DNA from: Octopus bimaculoides
Taxonomy: Eukaryota
Assembly: GCF_001194135.2 (NCBI RefSeq)
Contig: NC_068981.1
Location: 32,686,056 to 32,732,402, forward strand
Direction of reading: 5' to 3'
DNA: 46,347 bases
How positions within the stretch are numbered: position 1 is the stretch's first letter; each line of letters begins with the position of its first letter. Positions 1 to 12,503 of this stretch are shown here, piece by piece. The notes under the pieces are model-generated. The model saw only the letters and a list, made by a program, of their open reading frames with translations, was not told the origin of the DNA and did no database searches. The position numbers and the translations under genes are program-made.

Positions 1-40
<40 letters not shown>

Positions 41-100
41 ATACGTGTGTGTGTGTACGTGTGTGTGTGTGTTTGCATGTGTGTTTGCATGTATGTATGT
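1..100. repeat. (TG)n microsatellite decaying into TGTA/TGCA variants
   Basis: Direct reading of the sequence. Confidence 0.95.
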
Positions 101-559
101 TGTCCTGCAGCTATTTCTGTAGTTATTGAGCACCTCTCACCTGTTGAAAGTGTATGAATTCTCATTCGTCTCAGCTTGGAAAAAACCTGACTGAAGACCT
201 GGCAATTCTATGTATGAAATTATATTTCCTGTTTAATATTTTTATGTTTCTATTTCGGTTTTTCGGACTTGGTTTAGCAGTATAAATACGTCTTTTGAGA
301 GATTTTATCTTCTAGTATATATTTCAGATATACACTTATTTTTTATTATTCTTATGGGACCGTCTTCAAGGGACAAATTTGTTGTTCCCTTTAATACTTT
401 GTATATTAGTGTCTTAATGATATCAGTTGTATTCTGCTGTTCTAATTCTCAAGTGTCACGTTACAATCTTCCCATCTTTCGACTCATGGTGTCACTGCTA
501 TTCTTTTTAAGATGTCTATAAAGATTGTTGTTCTTTCAGAAATTTATTCTATTCTTTAT

Positions 560-850
560 ACTTTTACTTATTCTATCGATTACTTTTGCCGAACCGCTAG
601 ACTACGGCGACGTAAACACACAAACACCAGCTGTCAAGCGGTGATGGTGGACAAATACTGACACAAAAACAGACAGTTAGATATGTACATATACGATGGG
701 TTTCTTTCAGTTTCCGTCTACCAAATCACACGGCTTTGGCCTAACCCTAACTGTAGTAGAAGACACTTGCCCAAGGTGCCACGCAGAAGAACTGAACTCG
801 GAACCATGTGATAAGAAAGCAAGCTTTTTACCATACAACCACGCTTACGT
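560..850 (-). mobile_element. tRNA-headed SINE, family A (3'-partial, diverged)
   Basis: Reverse complement matches the copies at 27207 and 42313: head ...ggtaaaaagcttgcttt...catggttccgagttcagtt..., core ggcaccttgggcaagtgtcttctact, then tggtagacggaaactgaaagaa. Confidence 0.85.
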
Positions 851-1814
851 CTATTTGTAGTGATCATTTAATAAAAATTATGTTTACTCTATATCGCATT
901 GTGCGTTTATTGTTATTATTTTTAATCATTAACTTCATTATTATTGCTATTACTTTGCTCCCTAGTTGTCGTTGGTGTTGTTGTTGTAGTCGTTGTGTTG
1001 TTCCTGATCAGTCTGGTTAATTCTTGGTGCTATAACACCGCAGGGAAAGGTAGACACATTAATGTTACATTCTTGTTTACTTATTTTTATTTCTTAATCC
1101 TTGTGCAGATGAATTGTAACTATTACTATGCCAATATTACTGCTTGTACAAAGTGAAAGTAGGTGTATAGTTTGGTTTCCAGTTAATGAATATACATTTT
1201 TTTAAAGAATTCTGACTTTGCTTTCTTTATTTAGAGAAATATGTTAACTGGTGAACGGATCTTCATTAATTTGTCATTTTCTTGATCTGATTGTATATAA
1301 ACCTCTCACCTAATGGTTATGTCTCTATTAGTTTAATGCTGATTCTAATTTCTACATGGGTTAAAAAAATTATTATTATTATTATTAATTAACTTGACTT
1401 TATACTGTAGATAATTTATTTTCCTCTTTACCAAAGTTTTCGAGTACTGAACGTTAAATTCTAAAACAATGTAAGCATTCGACTCTTCATACAGAATTTG
1501 AACCGCTTTTATCACTTCAGTGATATACTAACCACTTGAGAGCCGTAACTTAACCCAGGAAATCTCTTTGCAAAATAAGATACCTTGTTTTAGTCCCCTT
1601 GCTGAAGGGAGAGCTTTCTTTGATGAGAAGTCTCATCAGCTGCCAACACTTAATTCGATGCAAGGGTTGCGGAATGATTTACCTGTTGGTGCACAGTTAC
1701 TCTGTACCAATCAACATCAGCGTTTGTTAAATATTCTTTCGCGCAGTTCATTGCTCTGGCTCAGCAGACCCAACATACCACCTGATTTAACATCCTCATC
1801 CTCAACACACGCTC

Positions 1815-1816
<2 letters not shown>

Positions 1817-1881
<65 letters not shown>
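1817..1881. repeat. (TG)n microsatellite
   Basis: Direct reading. Confidence 0.95.
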
Positions 1882-1885
<4 letters not shown>

Positions 1886-2180
1886 GACTTGAATGTTCCA
1901 AAACAGTTTTCCATAAATGTTCTACTTCTAGCTGGTTTTGAATGAGATCTTGCTATCTACATATCAATTAACTTCTATGTACAAAATGTTTCTTTTCTTA
2001 CACAAATAGCTATGCGAAGTTTGTTATATATGGCACTTGGTAGAATTTTTCATGGGAATCTTCCATCAATATTCCTTATGTTGATATATATGTATTCCAG
2101 AAAAGAGATGTTTTTATTTATCCCAAAGCAGTCCTTTTCGCGGACGACATTGTATATTATTTTGGCAACAACCTACAATG

Positions 2181-2400
2181 AATATTCTTTTCTACTCCCG
2201 GCACAAAGCCCGAAATATTGGTGGAGGAGGGCAGTCGATTAGATCGACCCCAGAACGCAACTGGTACTTAATTTATCGACCCCGAAAAGATGAAAGGCAA
2301 AGCCGACCTCGGCGGAATTTGAACTCAGAACGTGAAGAAAGACGAAATACCGCAAAGCATTTCGCCCGGCGTGCTAATGTTTCTGCCAGCTCACCGCCTT
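2181..2400 (-). mobile_element. SINE family B, full length, tail type 1
   Basis: Reverse complement begins aaggcggtgagctggcagaaac, has B-box-like gagttcaaattcc, core ttgcctttcatcttttcggggtcgataaattaagtaccag and tail tttcgggctttgtgccgggagtagaaaagaata. Homologous to 26786-27004 and 43596-43780. Confidence 0.9.
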
Positions 2401-3539
2401 ACATACAATAAGTATTTGTTTTAGCAACATTATGTCGCAGTGGAATACAGTACACCAATGACATTTTTGAGCAGCTGTTCATTGCACGTGTATGTCCTTC
2501 ATAAAAGAGTGACATAAGTGCAATTGCGTCTTGGGATTTTAAAGGCTTCGTTGTCCAGAAGATATTTCTTAATTATCTCCTGCTCCAGGATTGCAAAAGT
2601 ATAGCCTTTGGAGGTGACGTGATGTTGCGATCACATGTTCAATAGAGGCTACACTTCATATTATCTTTTCAAGTTTACGAGAAACATACACATGCATAGC
2701 CTTTTTGTAATGTTTAGCGTTTTTTTCCCCCCCAGATCTGCACGTCTGGTTACGTATAAGAGGCGAAGAGAAAGTGAACGTTTCCTGGGACGTTCACTGC
2801 CCACCACATGATGATATTCACTTGAATTTTTTGAGCATTTCATTGATCTGCTTATTTTTGCAGTTACCGCTGGGCAGGTGCTTTCTATTGTGATATCATA
2901 TGACACTCAAACGCTACCTGTAATGGTCGTGAGCCTGTTGATCCCTATTTCTTCCTGAGATGGATTCTATCAGCATCGCTTTTTCCGTAAAAATTTGCAA
3001 TCCATATAAGGATCTTGGGGGTTTTAATATCTATGAAGTGGATCTCCTATATAGACCTGTTGAGTATTCCAAATGTTGGTGTGTATGTGTGTGCTTGTGT
3101 ACGTGTGTGTCTGTCTGTCTGTGTGTAAGTATGTGTGTGTGTGCGCGCATATGTTTGTATGTATTGCTATATATTCTTCTGGCTTCTTTTTATAATACCA
3201 CAGATATCTGTAGTATTTATTCTGCAGAACAGGGAAAACTTATTCTGTAGAACATGGATCACAAACGCAAAGATTTTTCTGTTGAGGGAACGGTTTTCCC
3301 ACATTCACTTCTTAAATATGAACATTTCCTTTGGCCAAATTCCACCCCTATATCAGTGGAAAATACTGCCATTAAATCCAGCTATTTTTTGCATTGTAAA
3401 TATCTCCAACATACATCCTTAGATCGTCCACGAAGAAATTATATGTAATATCAGTATTTTGCGCTGTTGCAGGACATATATACGTGCGTATATTTGTATG
3501 TATGCATATGCATGTTCTGTGTGTGTGTATATGTGTGTG

Positions 3540-3571
<32 letters not shown>

Positions 3572-4092
3572 CACGTGCGTGTGTACATCGATGCATAGTT
3601 TTACCTTGAATATTTCATATTTAGTCCTTTGTACTTTAATTATTGATGCACTTTCCGAACTGTTCTTTCTTTCCCACTAAATTAAAATGTTTTATATCAC
3701 TTTTGCCTTTATGATAAATACAAGATCTAATGAACGAAATCCACAAAATTTTTAGCGTTGCGCCTATATTAAAAGCAAATATTATTATTATCATTATTAT
3801 CCCCACCGCTAATATAATTGTTGTTATTTTTACTAACCCCACTATTGTTATTTTTGCCATTATTTTTATATTATCAACATTATTACAATTCATCTAACAT
3901 ATTCTTAATATAGTTTGCTACTATTATCATTATATTAGCAAATTTTATTCTAATTTCAAAACAACAATAAAACTGTTATATGTTCTTCAATTTGCTCTCT
4001 CTCCCCCTCACCTCAGCTCTTTCTCTCTCTTCTTCTCTTTCCCTCTCTTTCTCTCTCGCGTTCTCTCACTATTTTCTCTATATTTTTTATTG

Positions 4093-4158
4093 TAATTATT
4101 ATTATCACCGTCATTCTTATCATCATCATCATCATCGTCATCATCATCATTATTATTA

Positions 4159-4210
<52 letters not shown>

Positions 4211-4281
4211 CATCATCATCATCATCATCATCAGCATCATCATCATTATTATTATTAACATCACAATTATTATTATTATTA

Positions 4282-4372
<91 letters not shown>

Positions 4373-4390
4373 AAGTAGTAGTAGTAGTAT
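4093..4390. repeat. Compound trinucleotide microsatellite (ATT/ATC, then AGT)
   Basis: Direct reading. Explains ORFs 3980..4258 and 4013..4264. Confidence 0.95.
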
Positions 4391-4618
4391 TACAAATATT
4401 TTCAGTGCATGTGTTTGGCGATTAAAAAAGCGTACAAATGTTCATTTATATTTGAACTATTTTGTAAAATATAATTTTATATATTCGAAACTCTTTTCTC
4501 GTCTTCCTTCATTCTCTCGTTTATTTTTATTACCTTTTGTCATAGAATTGTTTCTTTGTTTTTATTTTTGTTCTTGTTTTTTTTTTTAACGAAGCTTTGA
4601 TTCCTGATTCCTATCTTT

Positions 4619-5528
4619 NNNNNNNNNNNNNNNNNNNNNNNNNNNNNNNNNNNNNNNNNNNNNNNNNNNNNNNNNNNNNNNNNNNNNNNNNNNNNNNNNN
4701 NNNNNNNNNNNNNNNNNNNNNNNNNNNNNNNNNNNNNNNNNNNNNNNNNNNNNNNNNNNNNNNNNNNNNNNNNNNNNNNNNNNNNNNNNNNNNNNNNNNN
4801 NNNNNNNNNNNNNNNNNNNNNNNNNNNNNNNNNNNNNNNNNNNNNNNNNNNNNNNNNNNNNNNNNNNNNNNNNNNNNNNNNNNNNNNNNNNNNNNNNNNN
4901 NNNNNNNNNNNNNNNNNNNNNNNNNNNNNNNNNNNNNNNNNNNNNNNNNNNNNNNNNNNNNNNNNNNNNNNNNNNNNNNNNNNNNNNNNNNNNNNNNNNN
5001 NNNNNNNNNNNNNNNNNNNNNNNNNNNNNNNNNNNNNNNNNNNNNNNNNNNNNNNNNNNNNNNNNNNNNNNNNNNNNNNNNNNNNNNNNNNNNNNNNNNN
5101 NNNNNNNNNNNNNNNNNNNNNNNNNNNNNNNNNNNNNNNNNNNNNNNNNNNNNNNNNNNNNNNNNNNNNNNNNNNNNNNNNNNNNNNNNNNNNNNNNNNN
5201 NNNNNNNNNNNNNNNNNNNNNNNNNNNNNNNNNNNNNNNNNNNNNNNNNNNNNNNNNNNNNNNNNNNNNNNNNNNNNNNNNNNNNNNNNNNNNNNNNNNN
5301 NNNNNNNNNNNNNNNNNNNNNNNNNNNNNNNNNNNNNNNNNNNNNNNNNNNNNNNNNNNNNNNNNNNNNNNNNNNNNNNNNNNNNNNNNNNNNNNNNNNN
5401 NNNNNNNNNNNNNNNNNNNNNNNNNNNNNNNNNNNNNNNNNNNNNNNNNNNNNNNNNNNNNNNNNNNNNNNNNNNNNNNNNNNNNNNNNNNNNNNNNNNN
5501 NNNNNNNNNNNNNNNNNNNNNNNNNNNN
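4619..5528. other. Assembly gap (N run). Other large gaps: 7799-7973, 19896-20400, 23753-23936, 32183-32432, 33092-33876, 36237-36785, 37746-37952, 44829-45812
   Basis: N characters. Nearly every gap edge is a simple repeat. Confidence 1.
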
Positions 5529-5573
5529 TCTCTCTCTCTCTCTCTCTCTGCATATATATATAGATAGATATAG

Positions 5574-5624
<51 letters not shown>

Positions 5625-5652
5625 GCGAGAGAGAGAGAGCGAGAGAGAGAGA
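5529..5652. repeat. (CT)/(AT)/(GA) compound microsatellite
   Basis: Direct reading. Confidence 0.95.
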
Positions 5653-6490
5653 AATGTATATATACATACATATATACATTCATACATACATTTCACGCAC
5701 ACACAGACATGTATATATCTGTGTGTAGTTATGTATGTTTGTACGTATGTCAGTTGGTATGTATATTTTTATGGATTCATTCCCATTTTTGCGTATCACT
5801 ATTTCTCCATATGTACATATGTACATGCATGTATATAAGCGTTTTTTATGTTGTTCTGTGCGTCATCAGAACGTACAAACACAGAACTACACTCACATAT
5901 ATGTGTACACACACACACACAAACACACACTAACAGACGCGCACACATTATTGATGCAACACACATAACGTATTTGCGTTGTTCAAACGCCAGAAGCCGA
6001 GATTTTCGTCCGGAAAAAATACCCCTTTAAAGGCACGTAATGTTAAAAAAAACACAATGTACTTCAGAGCTAAGCGAAACGAAATTACCTCAGAAGAGAT
6101 TATGAAAGCGACAGAAATGTATTTCGCCATCTTTGCAGCTTATCAATGCCTTATACATGCGTTACTTTTGAGTAGGAAGTATGAACAGATGGTGCATAAA
6201 CTGTCGACTGCTTTGTTATGATGCTACATAAGCGAATAAATTCGAATAATGTTATAGAAGCTGCTCTATAACGAAAATATTGTCTATACAACATACTTAA
6301 TGTATGTTTTGTTTAAAAGACAAAAGCTGCTGTTTTTCGTCCGGGAAAAATCCCTTTGAAGACATACGTTGTTTAAAAGACAATATACTTCAAAGTTATA
6401 CGAAACGAAACCTTGCAGTTGAGGCTCGTCACTGACACTTGTAGGACGATTTCTACATTTTGATGAGCCTCAACTACAGCACCGCAAAAT

Positions 6491-6549
<59 letters not shown>

Positions 6550-6689
6550 GCGATCTAGAGCGGAATATAACAAAAACTGTCTCGAAGTCTCGAAGCTATA
6601 TTGTTTACAATAGTTCTATCTAAAGTTGCAATTGCACCCCTTCCCATATGGTTTGCTGATGGTACAAATATTTAGGTATCAGTGAAATA

Positions 6690-7400
6690 CTTGAAGATAT
6701 TAAAAGTCTTTAGAAGGATCTAGGGTCGTGTACAGATGAGTTGAAGAAAGCAACAATTCAATGCAAAAAATTATTTATTGTTTCGTTATCCTTCTCCCGG
6801 AACATAACTACCTGAATACACAGAACCGAAGAAATTACAGTACCAATGTTAAAATCTGTGCAAGGTCTGAAAATTGTAATGAGTAATGAGGCGTCGTTCC
6901 ATGTACATTCTACGAAAATGACGAAAACATGCAGAAGATTAGCATGGATCCTAATAATATTCAGAACAAGAGCACAAATGATCATGCTTATCCTCTGGAA
7001 GATATAATTGTTGCTTTCATCCATTATCATCTCATACAACCAAAATTAATATTTAACCGGTGGGAATCCAAAGAACCTACTCAAAAATGAAAATGATTTC
7101 GTACACCAGGTGAGCATTTAGGAGAGGTTGTAAGCTTAAAGGATATTTACTTTGGAACAAAGAACGGAATGACATGCAATCATCTATTTATGTCTTGGAA
7201 GTCTTGGAAGAAATGGCGTCAAGCTCTAAGCATTAGAAACTATGCAAGCTTGAACAGAATGGCATTGTACAGTTCCAAGAGTTTCAAGAGCCTCCTTCCC
7301 AATTAAGTAAAACTACCAGAGTTAGGTGGAATAAGAGATATTCGGTTTCTTCCTCTCATAATATAAGGAATATATGTGGAGTGTATATCAGTATTTTCAG
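6690..7400 (+). mobile_element. Decayed CR1/L2-group LINE, post-RT C-terminal fragment
   Basis: Manual translation from about 6851 gives KSVQGLKIVMSNEASFHVHSTKMTKTCRRLAWILIIFRTRAQMIMLILWK. This resembles the CR1-group pattern V.DLG+.+S....F..H+......+....GWI.R.F..R....+..L+K. Multiple stops and frameshifts. Confidence 0.65.
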
Positions 7401-7973
7401 ACGATCTGGATATAGTGCTGTGCACAAACTCAGGCAAACTTATACTCTGCTATAAGATAAGAGCAACAATGTCTAATTCATCGATGCAAGACGGACTTTA
7501 ACATTGTGGTGGTGCTCTGGCATGGTTACATATGTATGCATGCCGTTAGGTTAAATGTTTTTAGGAGGCTAACTTTGAAAATTGCATTCCCTCGCTTTCG
7601 GTAAATATGTGCTTATTTTTGGTAGTTTTTGACTTATTTAGTCCCTCTAAGCGTGAGGCATTATTATATAGTAATGCCCTTATATAAATTATATATATTT
7701 ACGAAAAAAACGATGGGTTTTTTTCCTTATGGGTTTTTTCACGCTGACTACTTGATAAATTCTTATAAAAATTTTATCCTATATTATATTATAAATATNN
7801 NNNNNNNNNNNNNNNNNNNNNNNNNNNNNNNNNNNNNNNNNNNNNNNNNNNNNNNNNNNNNNNNNNNNNNNNNNNNNNNNNNNNNNNNNNNNNNNNNNNN
7901 NNNNNNNNNNNNNNNNNNNNNNNNNNNNNNNNNNNNNNNNNNNNNNNNNNNNNNNNNNNNNNNNNNNNNNNNN

Positions 7974-8005
<32 letters not shown>

Positions 8006-8133
8006 TATCTATGTATATACATATATGTATATATAAATATAGATAGATATACATATACATATACATACATACATACATACATACATACATACATACATAC
8101 ATACATACATACATACATACATACATACATACA
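7974..8133. repeat. (TA)n plus (TACA)n microsatellite
   Basis: Direct reading. Confidence 0.95.
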
Positions 8134-8514
8134 TTTGAAAGTAGTACATAAAAGTAAATTAGTGCAACTTATTCGATTAGATATTTCTTTAAAAATTTTT
8201 CGAAATGTTTTCTTTCATGTTTTTCCATTTTTATAGTTTTTACCCTTTTTCAATATTTTTTCAATAATATTTTCATGCAAATACTGAGTGCAAATACAAT
8301 ACATTATTCGATTACCATTTTGTTTGCTTTACGTCTGTCTAAATAATAGAACCAAATTTTCTTAACCTTATATCAATAGTAACACATTCAACAAATGTTA
8401 TTGTTTTATTTATTTGCTTCGTTCATATATATTATTATGTATATAATATACTGCTTTTGTTTTTTTTTACTGTTTTTGTTATTAAAGTTGTTGTTGTTTT
8501 TTTGTTGCTGTTGT

Positions 8515-9902
8515 TAGGTCTCTCAGCCGAGGTGTGTTAACTTTGCCGAGAAAGGACGCCAATATAAGGGGTGTTGTAGACAATTTTTGGCCCATAAGCT
8601 TGCTAAGTGCAGATTTTAAGAGTTTAGCCAAGGTGTTAGCAAAGAGGTTAGCATTTCACATGGATGGTTTAGTCAGAAAAGCTCAAACGTGTGTGATCCC
8701 CAGTAGATCCATCTACGACAACCTCCACCTGATGCTTTACGTCATAGAGAGAGTGAGTAGAAAATATGGCATCGATGGGGTTCTGAACAAAAGCCTTCGA
8801 TAGGGTCGACCATCGTTACTTGACAACAGTCCTAAAAGCAACCGGTTTTGGACCAGTTTTCAGTGGATAGATTGCAGCAATGGACACTAGCGCTTACTGA
8901 GTGGTAGAAGTAAACAACCAACACTCAAAACCGTTTCATATCGCACGCTCGATCCTCGAGTGTCCTCTCTTATCTCTTTTATACGTTCTGTTGCTCGGGC
9001 TTTGGCTGCGGAAGCTATAACTCTTGAGTGACATCTCTTTCGCACTAGGAAGCGGGAGATCTGTGTCGGCGTATGTATATGTTTATGATGTTAGACACCG
9101 CGGATGTTCAGGTTGTGATTCTTTTGTATAAGAATACAAGGTGATGCCAGGAGCATGTGGCTCGGCAACTAGAGAGACGAATATGTCAACGAATAGCATA
9201 GTAGGTTGATAGAAAGACGGACCGGTGAAATTCTTCGATGTCTGACTTGGCCCGGACCTACAGGTGGACAAGAACTGAGATGAGGTTACAAGTAGTGAGG
9301 CCAGTCTAACTCAGAAATGGGCCGAGAGGTAATTATCCCTAAAAGGTTGACCAGAGGTGGAAAACGCTTACATGACTTCCTTAATAACTTACCGCCCCAC
9401 CTTTGTACCTTACTCAAGTCCACGTTTAGCCGGATTGGAACGTTTACTTTTCCACTCCCTGTGGAAAGGATACTCCCCGTTTGTCAAGTAGTCCATCTGT
9501 TGCCAGTGCCCTCTGGATGGCGGACTTGGCATGCCGTTGCTGCTAATGTGCAAACATGAGCTCCGGCTTCCAGATTTTTCTGCACGGTGAGCCGGTGTGG
9601 TCTCCGTTTGCAAGACTCACCTTTCCGTAGCTCATCTCTTTGACAAAGCTGCAATCTTGGGTCAAGAAAAGACCAAGATCGGATTCCTGGCACCCGGAAT
9701 GTTGTTAAGCGCTCACTGCTCTCTACCAGTCGCGCAATACAGTAGGTGGCAATTCTACGATAGCAATATATAGAAATTTAGTGGTGTGTAAGAGCGATAA
9801 CGTTCTCCAGGAAAATCTAGGCGCTGACGAGGATGAAATAGTTGATTTGTTTTGAAGAACTTTCGGGTCCGGTAACCACGGATAGTTTCCAGAAATCCCT
9901 GG
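8515..9902 (+). mobile_element. Tx1/L1-clade non-LTR retrotransposon, copy 1 (5'-truncated; RT domain to post-RT region; pseudogenised)
   Basis: ORF 8534..8803 NFWPISLLSADFKSLAKVLAKRL...QTCVIPSRSIYDNLHL is the RT domain 1-2 signature (N+RPISLL..D.K+LAK+LA.RL). It is followed by remnants of KAFDRVDH, a degenerate AYxDD at about 9068-9092 and GPDLQVDKN. Confidence 0.9.
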
Positions 9903-11490
9903 AGACGTTGAGAGGCATCCCGCATGAACTAGGATGTGGGAGAGTTGTGTCACCGCCATTGTGGCGGACAACAAGCACACAGATCTAGTCAACACTACTA
10001 TGAAAGAATACGAGGAAGTAACGGGAGCAAAGATTAATCCGGAAAAGTCATTGGGCCCGCAGCTCGGCACCTGGAGAGGCAGATCCATGCCGTTGTACGA
10101 TGTTGGACGATCGGGCCCATAAAATTGCTCGGGGTCTGGTTTGGACCGGACCTCCAATTGGAGAAGAACTGGAGTGAGGTGACGAGCAGAGTAGTCAGTG
10201 TCACCCAGAAATGGGCCGAGAGGAAGCTATCCTTGAAAGGTCAGGTAAAGGTGGAGAACACATACGTCACCTCAGTCATTTACAACTATCTCACCGTCAT
10301 GTTTTGCTTCAGTTCGTACCTGGTCAAGCTGGAGCGTTTGCTTTTCCGCCTCTTATGAAAGGGACGGCCTCTGCTGGTCAGGCTCTCCATTTGCTGTCAA
10401 CACCTTATGAACAGTGGGCTGAGTATTCCGTGACAATAGATGAACAGACATGTGCTAAGGTTGCGGCACATCAAGCATTTTCCCGACGAGGGTGAGCAGG
10501 TGTTGTCACCGTTTGTCAAAAATGCTTTCCCGCAGCTAGTCTCTTGGACCAAACGTAGACCGAGGTAAGGCGTCTGGCACCTAGATTGTCGCCAGGCCTT
10601 CACGCTCCTCAGCTAGTCGAACAATGCGGTTAGTGGAAGTTCTACTATGGCGTTGTATAGACGGTTAGTGGTGAAAAGAAACGACAACTTTCTTGGAAAG
10701 ACTCTAGGCTTCGATGAATTTCACCTCACCGGTCTGTTCCGGGTCGTGGCCTATGGATTACTTCCAGAAATCCCTGGCCTGGTAGTGCTACAGTGGGGCT
10801 TTGCCTGTTCGAGATAAACTCTACAGATATGGAAGTGCCGTCAGTTGGACTTGTGCGAAATGTGCGCAGAGCGACGAAGCCGTTCTGCATGCACTCGTCC
10901 AGTGCTCGAGCATATCTGATATATGGGTTTATATCGAATACCTGCTGTCATGTATAGGACGTGTCCGCTTGTCAGCTGATTCCATCATGAAGATTGTCCC
11001 GCCGCATTCGTTTGGCCGGCAAGGGAAAGCAATTTTCATCTGTCTCGTGGCTGTAGCGAAAGAGGTTGTGTGATAGTCAAGACTAAAAGGGCTGAAGACA
11101 AATACTTTTCTCTTTGGCCTACCCCACTTCATCTTTTTCAAATACCATCTGAAAAGGAAAGTGAGGGCTGAGATAGAAGTGCTGACTTCCAGCAATTTTG
11201 TTAAAAGGTGGTTGAATGTGGCGAAGATGGTCCGTGTCAACGGAACTACTCTGAGCATGCGCTTTTGAGTTTCCAAGGCTACGAGAGAGAAAAATGGGAA
11301 AGGGTTGTTGCCCTAGTGGTCGTTGGGTTTGTGGATTTTACGTGGGGTCTCCACGAGTAGCCTAGTGTTTCTTGCCACTTTTAGGCATTATCTTTGTTAT
11401 ATGTTTCATTGTTATTGACTTTTCACACGACACTTTATGTAACCCCACTTTGTCCTTCATGTTTTGTAATGTCCCATATTATATTTGTCA
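9899..11490 (+). mobile_element. Tx1/L1-clade non-LTR retrotransposon, copy 2 (from RT domain 4/5 to CCHC zinc knuckle, stop and 3' UTR)
   Basis: ORF fragments YEEVTGAKINPEKS, LGVWFGPDLQLEKNW...KLSLKGQV and LPVRDKL...CAKCAQSDEAVLHALVQC (CCHC). The frame ends VKRWLNVAKMVRVNGTTLSMRF* near 11269 and is followed by a T-rich 3' UTR. Confidence 0.9.
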
Positions 11491-11546
11491 GCCACCAAGG
11501 GACATACTCAACTGGTTATGATCAAGCAACTCACAAGCAAATCTGT

Positions 11547-11625
<79 letters not shown>

Positions 11626-11704
11626 GCGAGAGAGCAGCGCATGTCATTGAAGAGAAGCTGGTGTGCAAATACACGAGGCCCAATATACCCATCATGACTG
11701 CCCA
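11547..11704 (-). mobile_element. 3' end of an unidentified retroelement with a long (AAT)n tail
   Basis: About 80 bp of unique sequence ending ...cgctgctctctcgca runs directly into (TAA)n (11547-11625) on the minus strand and abuts the R4-like fragment. Confidence 0.4.
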
Positions 11705-12430
11705 TTTGACAGAAGTTTTGATGGAAATTTGTGTATGTATCCAATAACGATAGTGGGTAGTTGCTTTGATTATTCCAAGACAGTCTTTCTTCGAATAGTA
11801 CTGTATAATTTTTAACGACATCGTGTCGCACAGGCAGGTAGTATCTTGATGACAGTTTTGGGTAACTGCTAATCACATATATGATGTCTTATACAGAAAT
11901 ATGACATAATCTACATTTACAGTTGCATCTTAGAGCTCCAACTTCTTCACTGTTTCTTTTATTTATTGAGTACTTCATAGTAATCTCCCTTTGTGGTATA
12001 GCTGTCATAAGTTCTATGTCGATATTAGTCTTCTTCAAGTCTTCGAGAAACATAGCCAAGCATTGTCATTTTCTTTTTGGTATGATGAGTGTTTCACATC
12101 CAAGTCTTCTTTGAGGTACGCTAGTCCAAGTGTTTTGGGGTTGTATGGGAGGTCATTAGGAAGAGTACTTCCAGAGGAGCTCATTACACACATGTAGGAT
12201 GTCGTTCACTTCGTTTTTCAAAACTATGTGTATTTATTTTTAGTGCTCTTGTTTAGCAGGTGCTGTCTGAGAGAGACTATACGGCATTCGTAGGCTGTCT
12301 GTTCTAATCTCAAGCCGCTACCCCTTTTATTCTTCTTTGGTAGAACCTGCTGATTTCACGGTTGAAGTTTCCGGTTGATATCTGGACCTAGCGGGTTTTA
12401 ATGTCTATGGAGTGGATTTTAACGTCAATG
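11705..12430 (-). mobile_element. Decayed R4/Dong-like (RLE-clade) non-LTR retrotransposon, C-terminal fragment
   Basis: Minus-strand translations: GSGLRLEQTAYECRIVSLRQHLLNK (GGRGL motif, about 12250-12325) and KCRLCHISV*DIIYVISSYPKLSSRYYLPVRHDVV (CCHC knuckle plus RHD motif, 11815-11918). IKTSVK follows just before the expected RPD endonuclease motif, where the element is cut. Confidence 0.75.
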
Positions 12431-12502
<72 letters not shown>

Positions 12503-12503
12503 T
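12430..12503. repeat. (GATA)n microsatellite. Similar arrays at 12868-12933, 14210-14258, 16561-16621, 24477-24533 and 28172-28236
   Basis: Direct reading. Confidence 0.95.

Noticed and set aside
189-225. CTGAAGA...GAAA spacing resembling a hammerhead
   Set aside because: No convincing stem II, stem III or stem I pairing. At most a very decayed remnant.
1610-1642. Minus-strand CTGATGA...GAAA and the hairpin tgatgag-aagt-ctcatca
   Set aside because: The core sequence is itself locked in the hairpin and stem II geometry does not fit a hammerhead.
2440-2900. Possible mariner transposase remnant on the minus strand (KIQVNIIMWWAVNVPGNVHF)
   Set aside because: Similarity is too weak by eye, with no TIRs or clear D,D34D motifs. 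It needs a profile search.
11660-11745. Plus-strand CKYTRPNIPIM...MEICV resembling an RLE RPD..E motif, suggesting a local inversion of the R4 element
   Set aside because: The second half overlaps sequence already explained by the minus-strand IKTSVK frame, and the catalytic Asp is absent. Likely coincidence.
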